DNA of 37,103 bases from Toensbergia leucococca (taxonomy: Eukaryota), in contig JALDZS010000215.1 of the NCBI GenBank assembly GCA_022813965.1, positions 1 through 37,103 of the forward strand, read 5' to 3'. The translations under genes were made by a program, and so were the position numbers. Shown here piece by piece: positions 1 to 11,542 of the stretch (the stretch's first letter is position 1; every line of letters begins with the position of its first letter). Under the pieces are notes generated by a model, which saw only the letters and a list, made by a program, of their open reading frames with translations, made no database searches and was not told the DNA's origin.

Positions 1-1
1 A

Positions 2-775
2 GAACCGCATCTCTTCACCATCATCGCTCGACTCCCTCTGGTCCTCCTATGGACATGGCTAAACACGCTCATCTTCGATCTCGCCAACCAGCGCCTCCCA
101 GATTCCATCCTAGAAGACAGCGTCAACAAGCCCTGGCGACCGGTCCCAGCCGGCAGAATCAGCAGCATCGAGACTAGACGTCTCTTACTAGCCACCATTC
201 CCGCAGTCTGGATCATCACCATTTTCCTCGGCGGCTTGAAAGAAACATCGCTAATCATCGGTCTGACCTGGATGTACAATGATCTGGGCGGAGCCGACGA
301 AAATGGCATCGTCCGGAACGTCATCAACGCTCTTGGCTTTGTGGTTTTCAGCTCCGGAGCCACGCGAATTGCCAGCGGGCACGGCCAATTCTCTCTGAAC
401 GAGGCGGCGTATCAGTGGCTGGCGATGCAGTGGGCCATCATAACTAGCACGATGCAAATGCAGGACTTCAAAGACCAAAAAGGAGATCTTGCTCGGCCTG
501 GTGGGCGGAGTACCGCTCCCCTGGTGCTGGGAGATTGGGTCGCCAGATGGACAATCGCGGTTCCGGTGCTCGTGTGGTCGGTAATCTGTCCTCTCTTCTG
601 GGCTGTCGACATCTACGGCTACGTTGTGCCACTTGCCTTGGGTAACTTTGTTGCCATTAGGGTGATACTCCTGAGGAATGTAGATGCGGATCGGTCAACG
701 TGGATGTTGTGGGCTGTGTGGCTTGTGTCTTTGTATATGTTGCCTCTGGTTCGCGATCATAGCATCTTGTTCTGA
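2..775 (+). CDS. UbiA-family prenyltransferase / UbiA-type terpene cyclase (5' end outside the window)
   Basis: Frame 2 is open from base 2: ...LIFDLANQRLPDSILEDSVNKPWRPVPAGRIS...TWMYNDLGGAD...MQDFKDQKGD...; multiple hydrophobic helices. NQ..ED..NKPxRP and QDxxDxxGD are the two acidic motifs of fungal UbiA-like proteins. Confidence 0.85.
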   Translation, partial: EPHLFTIIARLPLVLLWTWLNTLIFDLANQRLPDSILEDSVNKPWRPVPAGRISSIETRRLLLATIPAVWIITIFLGGLKETSLIIGLTWMYNDLGGADENGIVRNVINALGFVVFSSGATRIASGHGQFSLNEAAYQWLAMQWAIITSTMQMQDFKDQKGDLARPGGRSTAPLVLGDWVARWTIAVPVLVWSVICPLFWAVDIYGYVVPLALGNFVAIRVILLRNVDADRSTWMLWAVWLVSLYMLPLVRDHSILF

Positions 776-1461
776 TTTCTTTTTTGAAGGCTCAAGGATG
801 AAAGCGGCTGGTTTGCATTTGGTCTGCAATGTATCATCCCGTGCTACCTCCTAGATCTTCCACTCGGCCAGGAAATTAGATAGTAGTAGCCGGGTAACAT
901 GACAGAATTCTAGATAGAATAGAGGTTCGGGAAAGCAGCATATCAATGGCTATTGTTCCATTAGCGGTGCTGTCAATCATTTTGCAAAGAATCGGACTAT
1001 GATGGCGTTGACTCTGACCTCTGCACAACAACCCTCTGTTGGTCTAGATTATGTATCTTCGATAGTGTATACAGAAATTTAAGTCGGCGTACCACGGTTT
1101 CACCAAGCCGACATTCCTTATTGAAATGCTTAAAGCAAGACGTATCCCAGCGGTCGGAACCTGCAAGATAGAGAGCCAGAGTATGAGCTGCAAAGACTTA
1201 ACGACGGCGAGCACCTATGCACTGCCTTTCCTCCCAACCCTCTTACAACAAACCAAGCCAAATTCTACTGGAAGATTCCACCAGCGACTGTCATTTCGAA
1301 GCGTCCATGCGCTTTCAGGCATCTTCCACATATCTCTTTATTCTCATCCCCTACAAGTAGTCAGTTCGCTCCCCATCTAGGATAATCATAAATCAGCATA
1401 TTGGATTTCAGCATCTTAAGCTTCTGACTTCTTGCTTTTGTGTCCAGTCCAACCAAAAGAC

Positions 1462-2416
1462 ATGTCAGCCGCAACAGCAATACCTCCTGCAAAAATTGTC
1501 GACTCGGTTCCGAAGCTGCAAGACCTACTGAACGATCTTGATAGCCTTCCAGTCCACCCTCCGGCTCTGTATCTGGACATGGAGGGTAAGGAGCTTGGCC
1601 GTGATGGCTCTGTTTCCATCATGGAGCTCTTAGTGATTCCCTCCTACCAGGTCTACCTAATCGACATCCATACCCTCGGCACGACGGCTTTCTCTACCCC
1701 GGATTCAACGGGGCGATCCCTGAAATCGATCCTCGAATCCGAGTCCGTCACAAAAGTCTTCTTTGACATCCGAGCCGATTCCGCTGCCCTTTTCAATCAC
1801 TACCAAGTCGCCATTCGCGGCGTTCATGATCTCCAACTGATGGAGCTGGCTACTCGCACGTATTCGAAGAAATTTCTCAGCGGGTTGGCCAAGTGTATTC
1901 AGCAGGATAGTACCATGAGTGCTGCTGAAAAGAGCGAGTGGGCGGCCACCAAAGATAAAGGTGTTCGGACCCGAATCGGGGGGGGCGCTATGAGGTTTTC
2001 AACGACCGTCCCATGGCGGCGGACATAGTTCGCTATTGCGTGCAGGAGGTCATGTATTTGCCTGAGCTGTACTCGAAATACAACAGTAGACTTGGTGATA
2101 ATTGGCGAAGACAAGTCGCCGATGCCACGAGAGAGAGAATCGTGCGTTCGCAAAGTGGTACTTTTCACAGAAATGATTGGCGGAATCGGCTGAATACACT
2201 GGGACCTTGGTATGTAGAGGACTTGGGACTCATGTACTATGAGGTAAAATTCTTGGAGAATGCTGACGGTCTGGTAGGGGCGATGATGCGTCTGTGGTGC
2301 GGAAGCGGCGCGGAGGTTTGGAGGACTGGGAAGTTGGTGAGTTTGATCATGACGACGATGTCGATATGAACGACGACTCGAATGACGATCATGGATTTGG
2401 TAGCCATGACGCATAG
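1462..2416 (+). pseudogene. DEDDy 3'-5' exonuclease (DnaQ/EXD-like), frameshifted near 1968 (pseudogene or sequence error)
   Basis: ATG 1462; LYLDMEG (ExoI), KVFFDIRADS (ExoII), DLQLME. After KDKGVR the family-like sequence DPNRGGRYEVFNDRP..YCVQEVMYLP continues in another frame. Intron 2210-2277 (GTATGT..GCTGAC..TAG) joins an acidic tail ending at TAG 2414-2416. Confidence 0.75.
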
Positions 2417-3015
2417 TAATTTGGCTGACATGTATCATCATTTCCTCAAACCATTCGCAGAAGACTTAGTAACTCTGACCTTCTTCGAAAGACCATTTGC
2501 ATGTTCTGCGTCTGGTTGATTGTTTCTCCCTGTATTGGCTATGTTGGGAGTCGATATGCTTGATCTTTTACGAAACTTGCGTCGGATTCTACCCTCTTTT
2601 TTGGGGGGCCGGGGGGGGGGGGCGTTGGTCCAAGTTGAGATGGGTTTCAGTCTTGTGGTTCTATGAATTGAATTGTAATAGATAAACAAAGCAGTTCAAG
2701 AGGACGGCAGCCACACAAATCACGCCCTAAGCCTTATCACTGATTATCAGCAGCGTTCCCGGAAAACATCAATAGTATAGATCAACAGTCTTAACATTGA
2801 TACATCAACTTCACTCCACCTAGAGAGAAATACGAGTACTATTGGCTACTTTTGTTATCAAATGGTATAATCGGGCCCCTACCTCGCGAAACAACAATCA
2901 ACCTGATCTTACACGTAACATGCGCTTCCTCCTTGAGTAGACCGTCAAGTCCTTAGACGATTTCCGGTAATCACCCCCTTCACCTCGAGCATCCTCCGAC
3001 TGTACCAAGACCCCC

Positions 3016-5523
3016 TCAATCGGTAATCCTCCAACTGTCAAACCACTTCAAATGCCGCCAATTTTTATTGTCCCCCTCCATTCCAAACACGACAGCCCTA
3101 AACAGCACAAACAATCCCACAATTACCGCATACAAAACACCATACACTGCCCACTCGACCCTCTTGTCGAGTCTCGCCAGGGGTCTCGTTAGCCAATTGA
3201 CCACAAACCCTGTTGTCAGAATTGCAAAGTAAAGCGCCGGATAGTAATGATGCACGTAGGTGACCCGCGCCATCGCTACGAAAGGAAGGTAATGCAAGAC
3301 CCATCCTGCAACAGGATAAAGCCCGCTGTAGTGGATGTGGTCAATGTCAGCTTGTTTGAGCTCATCATAGCCCCGCTGCCACCGGATCAGATACCACCCC
3401 ACTAACAGACCAATGGACAGAAGCGACAGGGTACTGCCCCAATACACCATGGGATTCCCCAGCAAAAAGTATTTTACTATGTGATCGTCCCAACCGCACA
3501 TGCGGAGGCCGACGTTTAAAATTGGCCATTGCCAAAATTGGGAGGCAAGATCATCTTGCTTATCTGGGTCTGGAACCAGAGCATTGTTTGAGGTCATCAT
3601 CGCCACGTTCAAATGGAGGAAGTCACGGAAGAAGGGGGACTTGTAGGACCCAGGATCGCCAGCTGGCACTGAGGCAAAGAGACACGGATTAGCTGATGAA
3701 TGAAAGCTTCAGTAGGTGAAACTTACGTCTTTCATTCCAATGGGACTCGACATTCCAGTGGGTATAGACGTCTCGTGGCTTGTTCTCTTTGGCACAAGTA
3801 ACTTCGATTTGCTTAAATCCCCATTGGGGCAGATTCACGTTGCCAGCTCGAAGATAGCATCCGAGAGAGGTGTGCCTAAGTCGAAAGGATGTAGTCAGGG
3901 TCCTGATTTTAGATCTATCGCTTGACGCGGCATCACTGACTACCTCAACAGTCCAGTGGTCTTTGTCATCCCCAATAGTAGTATTTCCGTAACACGAGAC
4001 CTCGTGATCGGCCTTAGTAACAGGGGCTGACATCTGGTGAGAATGGAGATTACGGCCAGTTTGCGAATGGATCATGCGAATCACATCCTTGTCAGCGACG
4101 TACTTCAAAGGCGCTTCTGGATCGTAGTCACGTTGCTCCCGATTGGGGTAGAAGAACCAATCGTTGTTTGCGTCTTTATGATGATAGCAGGTTATCTGCT
4201 GCTGCTGTGATCCTTCTGGGTAAGTCTGGACATGAGAATGCAGCAGGCCCCCACCGTAGCCCATGTTCTTCAGCGTAGCGCGCGATCCATAAGCAATCTC
4301 AAGCGGACTGTCTTTACCGACCTCGGTTCCCCTTAAATTTGCCTGGAAAAGAGAACTCATTTGTGCATCCCCGGGCCCACTGTTCTCTAGGACAAGGAAG
4401 TGTAGGTAGAATGAGAACATGTAAACCAATGAAGGAATAACGATGAGTCCAACGACTCGGGCCACAATATGTTGTCCATATTCGACCTTCGGATTATTAG
4501 CTATGTCTGCGTACAACAGGCATGCGCTGCTATTACCTTTGGCATTTTAAATTCTCCAAATTTATTCCATAGATCTTCAATCGTGTAAAGACCAACGAGG
4601 GCTGTGCAGAAGAGTCCCACCCACTTTACACTACAAACACATCCAATGCTAATCCCACTCAAGAAGAGCCAGAGGAACCATTCAAGTGTGAAACTCTCCT
4701 TTTGCAAACGATGAAATCTAGCCCAGCAGAGAACCGTAGTAAAGGTGAAAAATAACAGCATAGAATCCAGCAAGATGAACCTTGAAATGGTTGCATAGGA
4801 ATTCTCACACAACACCATGAGAGTTACTAGCCATACGGCAGACCTCCTGAGGTTTAATTCCCGCGCCGTAAAATATGCCAAGGGTACGCAAAGCGCACCG
4901 AATGTCGAGTTGAATAGACGCATGAAGGTATAGTTAATTTCCTCGGGATACGTATCCCCTGACTTGAATTCAAAGGAGCCATTGTATCCTGCGAGGTAAC
5001 CAGAAAGCCCAACAAGCATCTTGCCTAGAGGTGGATGGACGTCGAAGTAGAATTCACGTTTTAGATAGTGCGAGCCAAACTTTCCGAAGCTATAGGATAA
5101 TGAAGCAATTAGCAAGCGATTCTCTCTTCTAATCCGGAAAATAAAAAGGGGGATTAAGAAATGCCAATTGGGCGGTGCCCTTACTGAGCTTCATCCCATG
5201 TCACTATAGGTGACAATCCTATTTTGTACATTCGTGTAAAGAAGGAGAATAGGGTGAAGATTAGAGGCGCGATCAGAAATTCATATTCATCAAGCACTGA
5301 GAGTATCGATTGTTGGGGCTGGGATTGGACATGACATGTCAGCGAGGCTTGCACAGTCGCATTGAGGTCAGAACGGTACCTGTCGAGTCTTCTTGTCGTC
5401 ATCAGTGTCGGTCGAAAGTGTAAGGCCCCCATTGCTGCCACTCGGACGCGCAACGTTTCTCTTTCTGAGATCTGGGCTGTCTTGGGCCGCGCCGGTAGTA
5501 TGACTCGCTCTGTCCGCCGCCAT
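3016..5523 (-). CDS. PMT2: Dolichyl-phosphate-mannose:protein O-mannosyltransferase, PMT2 subfamily
   Basis: ATG 5523 and four canonical introns. Motifs [45 protein letters not shown] repeats ([17 protein letters not shown]) and [11 protein letters not shown]. Confidence 0.95.
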
Positions 5524-6598
5524 GCTATTGATGAGAAGTGTACACGAATGTCGCTGTAGGACGGCTCAGGAGAATCCAAAGGTGGTTTGAGCAAAGGTGG
5601 AGAGAAGTGGAAGTAAGGGAAAACTGCGGGCAAGGCTCGCCTCAAAAGAGCGTAAAGAAGCTGAATTACAAAAGGCTACAGAAGCATGACGCTGGTCATG
5701 GATGATTGCGTATTGTGGTACCACGCAATTCCAGGCTGGATGGGCAGACGGATTTTCAAAAGAACACGCCGTTGTTAGTCCAGAGCTGAATCTCCTGTAA
5801 AGACTGAAAGACTGTTCCCAAAATAGGTTATTGCTTGGCATTACGGTCGCCTACGAATTCTGCTGTGAAAGTGCCGTGCCCTAGAATAGCCCCGAGCTTT
5901 GCTGCCCCTATTCCTCAAATCTACATTGTTGCGATGGCATCTTCCAATGTTATCTGTATGATCATCAACGAAGTCAGCCTCGCTATCGTCGTTGGTGATA
6001 ATTTATTTTTGTACAAGAGCGGACTGTGAATCTCCTTGTGAAAGACCATGGCAGGATTCCGGAGCGACTTTCATTTTCAAAGCAATCTTTCAAGTAGCTA
6101 TCCGAGCTGTTTGGCCAGCATCATAATTCCGCCTTTGCTCATAGCCGGTGAACATGCGCCGTTACCGAACAGATTCTATCGAAGAAGGCCGTACTCGTGT
6201 TTCGTCTTCGAGGTACTAGTGATTCCATTTACTATCTTCTTCTAATGAAATCAACGTCTATTGGATTGTTCTTGCTGAGTCGGATGTCGGGCTGTATATC
6301 CACGATAAATACCTTACGTTTCTATTTACCCTCTCAAAAGCGCAGGAATCCGGCCTGACAGATTTTGGAGACGAAGGCGAAAGAAACGTTCCTAATATAC
6401 GGTATTGCTTTGACCAACTTATCCATTTATGGGCTACTTCCCTGATCTCTCGTGAGGTCAGTCTTATGTAGTGCTTTATCCACAAACTTCTCCGTTAGGT
6501 ACTCTTCCAATTCAAGTACTTCATTGTGACAACGCCAGCCATTTCCTCCTACCCATGAAACGCTAGTTCAAGCCCGAAAAATTCATTCTTCCACAATC

Positions 6599-7110
6599 AT
6601 GCAACTCCTCATCATCACCGCTTTCTTGTCCGCAGCTTCCATCTCCCTCCCACCTCCCACTCCTTCCGCAGCCGCAACTTGCATTACAAGATCCTGGGCC
6701 ATTCAGAAAATTCCTGGCCTTTGATGCCAACCCGGCTCTGACAATATCAGTGACATATCCTTCTCCTTTTCAAGCGGCAGCGATTCCGAACCTTCGTGTG
6801 AAAGATCCTTAGCACCAGGCAGCAGCAGATCCGCAATCGATTCTTACCATTTCTACACATGCAACGATCCTGCTGTTCAGTACAAGATGGAGCTGATACT
6901 CTCGCTTTGCGACATATGTCCGATTGTAATGGGTATGTGTGTTTCCCCCTCAAATTAAAGGAGAAGGATTCATGTGCTGATTGCTACTGGCAGAGATGAC
7001 GTGACCGCAGAGGAAACACAACCCTCACTCTCGACTGCTACGCTAGTGGCTCGGGGACTGAGTGTGAGGCTGTGACTCAGATCACTGTTATTCCAACTAC
7101 CTTGATTGGA
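6599..7110 (+). pseudogene. Decayed small secreted cysteine-containing protein (possibly Alt a 1/AA1-like)
   Basis: ATG 6599 begins a signal-peptide-like MQLLIITAFLSAASISLP. Segments across frames read TCITRSWAIQ / FLAFDAN / PGSDNISDISFSFSS..SCERSLAPGSSRSAIDSYHFYTCNDPAVQYK / DGADTLALRHMSDCNG / GNTTLTLDCYASGSGTECEAVTQITV. Intact intron 6933-6993 (GTATGT..GCTGAT..CAG). Stop at 6722 and several frameshifts. Confidence 0.6.
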
Positions 7111-7670
7111 TGGGGATGCAGTGGCAAAACTCCGTCTCAACATGAGATCTCCATCAAGCCAATAGATCCCTCTTCATTACCTGGGCATTGAAGGAATTTG
7201 TATTGTCTAGGTCGACTAGCTTCTCAATCCTCATACACATACGTGCTGAACAATGATCAAATCGTTTGCTCATTCGTAAGGTCTCTTGAGAAAGGAAACT
7301 CCTTTCTTGATTTGCAAAGCCTCCTAATATTCTGCAAAATGTCACGTATATCACAGCATCGAGCTCATTCTTCAGCTCTCTTTCTCCGTCCGAATTACAC
7401 CATCTGTCAAACATATGACTATCACTGCTTAAAGCTGATACGTGTAGCCATCTGACAATGCTGGCCTTTTTAGCCGGGATATAATACGTAGATACAATTG
7501 CATACGCGCTATAGTTCGTAGCTGGGAATCGTGCATCCTGAGTCAAGAAGCAAAAACCAGAGACAAAAAGAGAGTTTATCGGTCTATTCCGCTGATTCAT
7601 TATACAAAGAGAACAAGGAGCCATTACAACGAGCCTCTCTGTACCGAGGATAGGGCTATCCATCTGTGAT

Positions 7671-9578
7671 TCAGTCACCGTCCTGGTCTAGTCTTTTGTA
7701 TGCCCCGGCCTCCCCGTTAGATCCCTTGCCGTCGTAGCTTCTGCTTCTGTTCACCATCCTAGAGATCCAGCCACCAATTCCCTCTGGCCGAGTTTCTTCA
7801 GAAGTCTGAGGTTTACCATTATCCACACTGACGCTCGGCGGGTTGATGTCGAGACCGGGAATGGCACTGTCTGCACTAAAATTGCCCGGGCCACCACGCC
7901 GTATATCGAGCGAGGGAACAGGGGATGAGGCGTCCCCCATGAGGGACTCCACTTCGGCGTGCTGAGCGGGAGTCGGCATGGCCGTGGTGGCATCACCGAA
8001 AAGCTGGTCCATATCCTCCAGTCGAACGTTTGCTGTCTCTGGATAGATGAAATATACTATACAATAATTAATACCTCACGATAGTCACCAGATCCGAGCT
8101 CAAAAGACATACCAAGTACGAAACTGACAGCACAGAAGAAAGCATGTACAAGATATAATCGCCATTTAATCCATTCTTGGAGGATAGGTGTCAATTCACC
8201 GACTAGCCAATTGCAAGCCCAGTTGGCTGCCGTACTCAGACTTGTACCCTTGGCTCGAATACTCAACGGTAAAATTTCTGGAGGATATAACCAAGGAATG
8301 GGACCCCATGAGGAGCCAAACGATGCGTTGTAGACCATGACGAAAATTACGACCATTGTTGGCGTATAATGTACATCGATGAAAATAAAGTATGATATGG
8401 CGGAAAGTGATATAATCATTGCAATAGCTCCGGAAAGAAGGATTAGTCGGCGACCCCATCGATCCACTAGATACCATGGGGGAATTGTCGAGAGTAAGTA
8501 GGTGATGCCGTTAATACCTGTCATTAGAATGGCGTCACGTCCGACCCATCCAGCTGATTCGAAAACGAGTGGCGCGTAGTAGGAAATGACATTGATGCCG
8601 TTAAGTTGGGCCAACGCTTGTGCAGACATTGCAATGAACACACGCTTATGGTATTTTCTGAACATGTCGGTGTACGACCTCTCGCCCTCCTGTCGTTGAA
8701 GAAGTACATTCATCTTGATCTCACGATACTCCTGTCTGGCCTTGTCGTTATGGATGTCACCGCCTCCATAAAGGTTAGCAATCACTACAATGCCTTCCTC
8801 GTCATGATCGTTGTCAAGAAGCCATCTAGAATGTTGTTAACCTTCAGCAATTGCAACGCAAGGTACAAGGAATACGAACCTTGGCGATTCACAGATTATT
8901 AGGCTACCAACCCCAAGGAGGAGGCCCATAAAGCATTGAAACGCTAACGGTATACGCCAGGCATAATCACTTGTAATATAGCTGCAAAAGTAATCAACCC
9001 ATACACTGGCCGCGTACCCACTGATGTTACCAGTGAACTCGATACAAGCCAGCTTCCCCCGGTTATGAGGAGGAGAAATCTCGGATTGGTATATCGGTAC
9101 GATGGTCGACAACGCACCTACCCCCAATCCTGCAATGACACGTCCAACGATCATCATTGGCATCCCGGTAGCAAACGTCTGTAAAGCCCCACCAACAAAG
9201 AATATACACGAGCCATACAGGATTGTTCTTCGTCGGCCAATCATATCGCCTATTCGTCCAACGGAGATGGATGAAATAAACGCTCCAACTTCGAGAATGG
9301 CCACCATCGTACCGATCTCGGCTCGTGTGGGCTGATTGAAGTAATCTTTGAAGTAAGGACCGCTGTAGTTCGATTGTGTGGGTCAGTCCAAGTAGGAGCG
9401 AGGAAGATTATGGAAGCCCTACGTGATGATCCCGGACATGACACCCTGATCATAGCCAAAAAGGAAAACCCCCAAGGATACAAAAACGCTGGTGAAATAC
9501 CTGCAATAAATTAGCGTTTGCTATACGATACTCAGACTAGGAGACATACAAGAGTGGCTTTCCAGTCAAGCCATGCAT
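7671..9578 (-). CDS. MFS sugar porter (monosaccharide transporter), AUG-initiated form
   Basis: MHGLTGKPLLYFTSVFVSLGVFLFGYDQGVMSGII, GDMIGRR, PIYQSEISP..RG, ESPRWL, QLNGINVISYY, DRWGRR, WGPIPWLYPPEI, YPET; four canonical introns. Confidence 0.93.
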
Positions 9579-10127
9579 GTTGCTTGCCTTCCTGTTTCCT
9601 GTTATGACCGTAGCAATGAACTTCTCGGTTCTGCTTATATTCCTCGGCGGAGGTTCCGGAATCTCTATAGCCTCTTTACTAATTCCAGGATTGGTGTTTT
9701 TGCGGCTTAGATGATCCTGCTGTGAATATCGGACACGCCTAGGTTGCCGGCCTCGCGGTCTTGCCCCGGAACCCTCAAAAGCCTCGTTGTCCAAAGACCC
9801 CCGTAGCTTTATCTGAAGAGGGTCCTCCTCGTCGGCAAGCTGCTCAGCTAGGTCACCTGTATCGCTCCAGAGAGAAAAATCCGATCCCACGGAAGAATCG
9901 GAGGAGTGCCGGTCAGTGTGTTTTTCGTTGATGGATTGGAGCAGCGAAGCAGAATGGTCGTCCCTTGAGTAGCTGGGAGATGTGAGGTTGCGGAGGGGGA
10001 TATTGACGAGCTTGGGAGGTATTGAGGAAGGAATGGTGCCGGTGGTTGTGGGCTGACCCAGTAGCAGCCCGTCGGTAAGATGTCGATTGTACTCAAAAAA
10101 AAGTGTAGAGCGTGGGTTTGGAATGGA
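9579..10127 (-). other. In-frame AUG-less N-terminal extension of the sugar porter (candidate non-AUG start)
   Basis: 183 open codons upstream of ATG 9578, back to in-frame TGA 10128-10130. Protein-like sequence (SSVGSDFSLWSDTGDLAEQLADEEDPLQIKL). No ATG in any frame on this strand. Confidence 0.6.
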
Positions 10128-11542
10128 TCAGCAGGGATAGCGCACAATGATTCGACGTCGAATTACGATGCAAGTGGGTCACAATGCAGCTGGTGAATGG
10201 CTCTGGCACGAGACCGGAGAATGTCGCTTGGTATCCGTACTCCGTACAAGTACTCGCAAAATAGAATACTTAGTTTGGGATCGGGAGATTCCAGGTCGAC
10301 GACAACTGGCGGAAAGTGTACAGAGCTATGGCATTTGGCGAAGGCTGATTAGTCAAAAGATGATTCGGCACTGTGAAGGTCGATGTTCTTGCAATTGCGT
10401 CTTGTCTTTACTCGATCCACGTACTATCCTTTCAACTCCGGGTTATGCAGCAGAAAGACCACTTAGCCTGAGCTGGTGGCGAGGGTTGGAACGGTGCTTG
10501 TTGGCACCATGGAACCTCGAAGGATTTTGCCTGGGCGACTTGAAGACTTTGATCACTTGCAGCAATTCTACGTCCAGTTTGATGTCATTTGTTTCATGTG
10601 ATGAGATACGTAGCCTAATGCTGATACATTTGACTGCTTTTGACCTAGCGTTCCTTTGTCTGGGAGATGAAGACGAAAATCGACATTGGTAATGCATGGC
10701 CCAAATTATGGGACCCCGCCATTGATCTCAATAATCTCAACAAAAGTAACACCCCCTAAGTAGTCCTCAAAAGATGACTTCCCCTTTAAATCGTGGCGTG
10801 GGGGCCAGTCGAACGGAACGGATAAATAGACTTTACAACTGAGGAAACCGTGAGGTCGAAATAAGCGTAAGATGATAAGGAATACCGGAAGAACAGCCAT
10901 GAATATACTCCCAAAGAAATTCAAGGTCTTTGAAAGAAGCTGTGCTAACAATTCAAGTCCACGGATGGAGAGGCAAATTTCTATAGCTACAAGTCACCTC
11001 AGGCATTTATTACTTGACGAACAATATTGAATCAAGATAACGGAATAATGCATTGACGTGCGCATAAACATTATGCCCGTTTCCATAAATAGGGTTGAGT
11101 CATGTGATCAACAGTGTGGCTGGACCTCTGCGGCGTGATTTTGTAATTTCCCCAGGCGCTTTCAGCCAATTCCCCTTCAGGAGCACATGCTATGATCTCT
11201 CTGTCTTTTCCATCGTTTCCATCGCTACTCCATCGCAAACACAAGTAGTGCTCTGTCGCAGGAGTATCCGTGTTGCTTGGACCTGAAGTTCAAACGGTTT
11301 GTTGATCTTGCCGATCGCCAAATTCAAAGGCGCGTTTCCTGTTTCCCTGGTAGCGCACGGCAACCAATGCTCGCAGTCACTGCGCATCATCAAACACAGT
11401 CCGTCCCAGCCAATTGACCTTGGCTCTGTGACGTCGGCCTTTCCAAGAATTTGACAACTCATCTTTAGCTGTTGTCACAGCCTGGGAGAAAACTCTTGCT
11501 GGTCCGCAAGTGAGTAAAGGGGAGCTCAGACCAAACCTCAAA

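Noticed and set aside
1083..1112. GTCGGC...GCCGAC inverted repeat
   Set aside because: Only 6 bp; expected by chance.
2210..2416. Apparent second frameshift in the exonuclease (acidic tail in another frame)
   Set aside because: Explained by a canonical intron at 2210-2277 that restores the frame (GPW|GDD).
2603..2622. G6-CC-G12 run
   Set aside because: Simple homopolymer in 3' flank; no supporting context.
7154..7678. 174-aa minus-strand ORF after the MFS gene
   Set aside because: No recognisable motif; lies in the transporter's 3' UTR region.
10147..10692. 181-aa plus-strand ORF in the divergent promoter
   Set aside because: No recognisable domain or coding-like composition.
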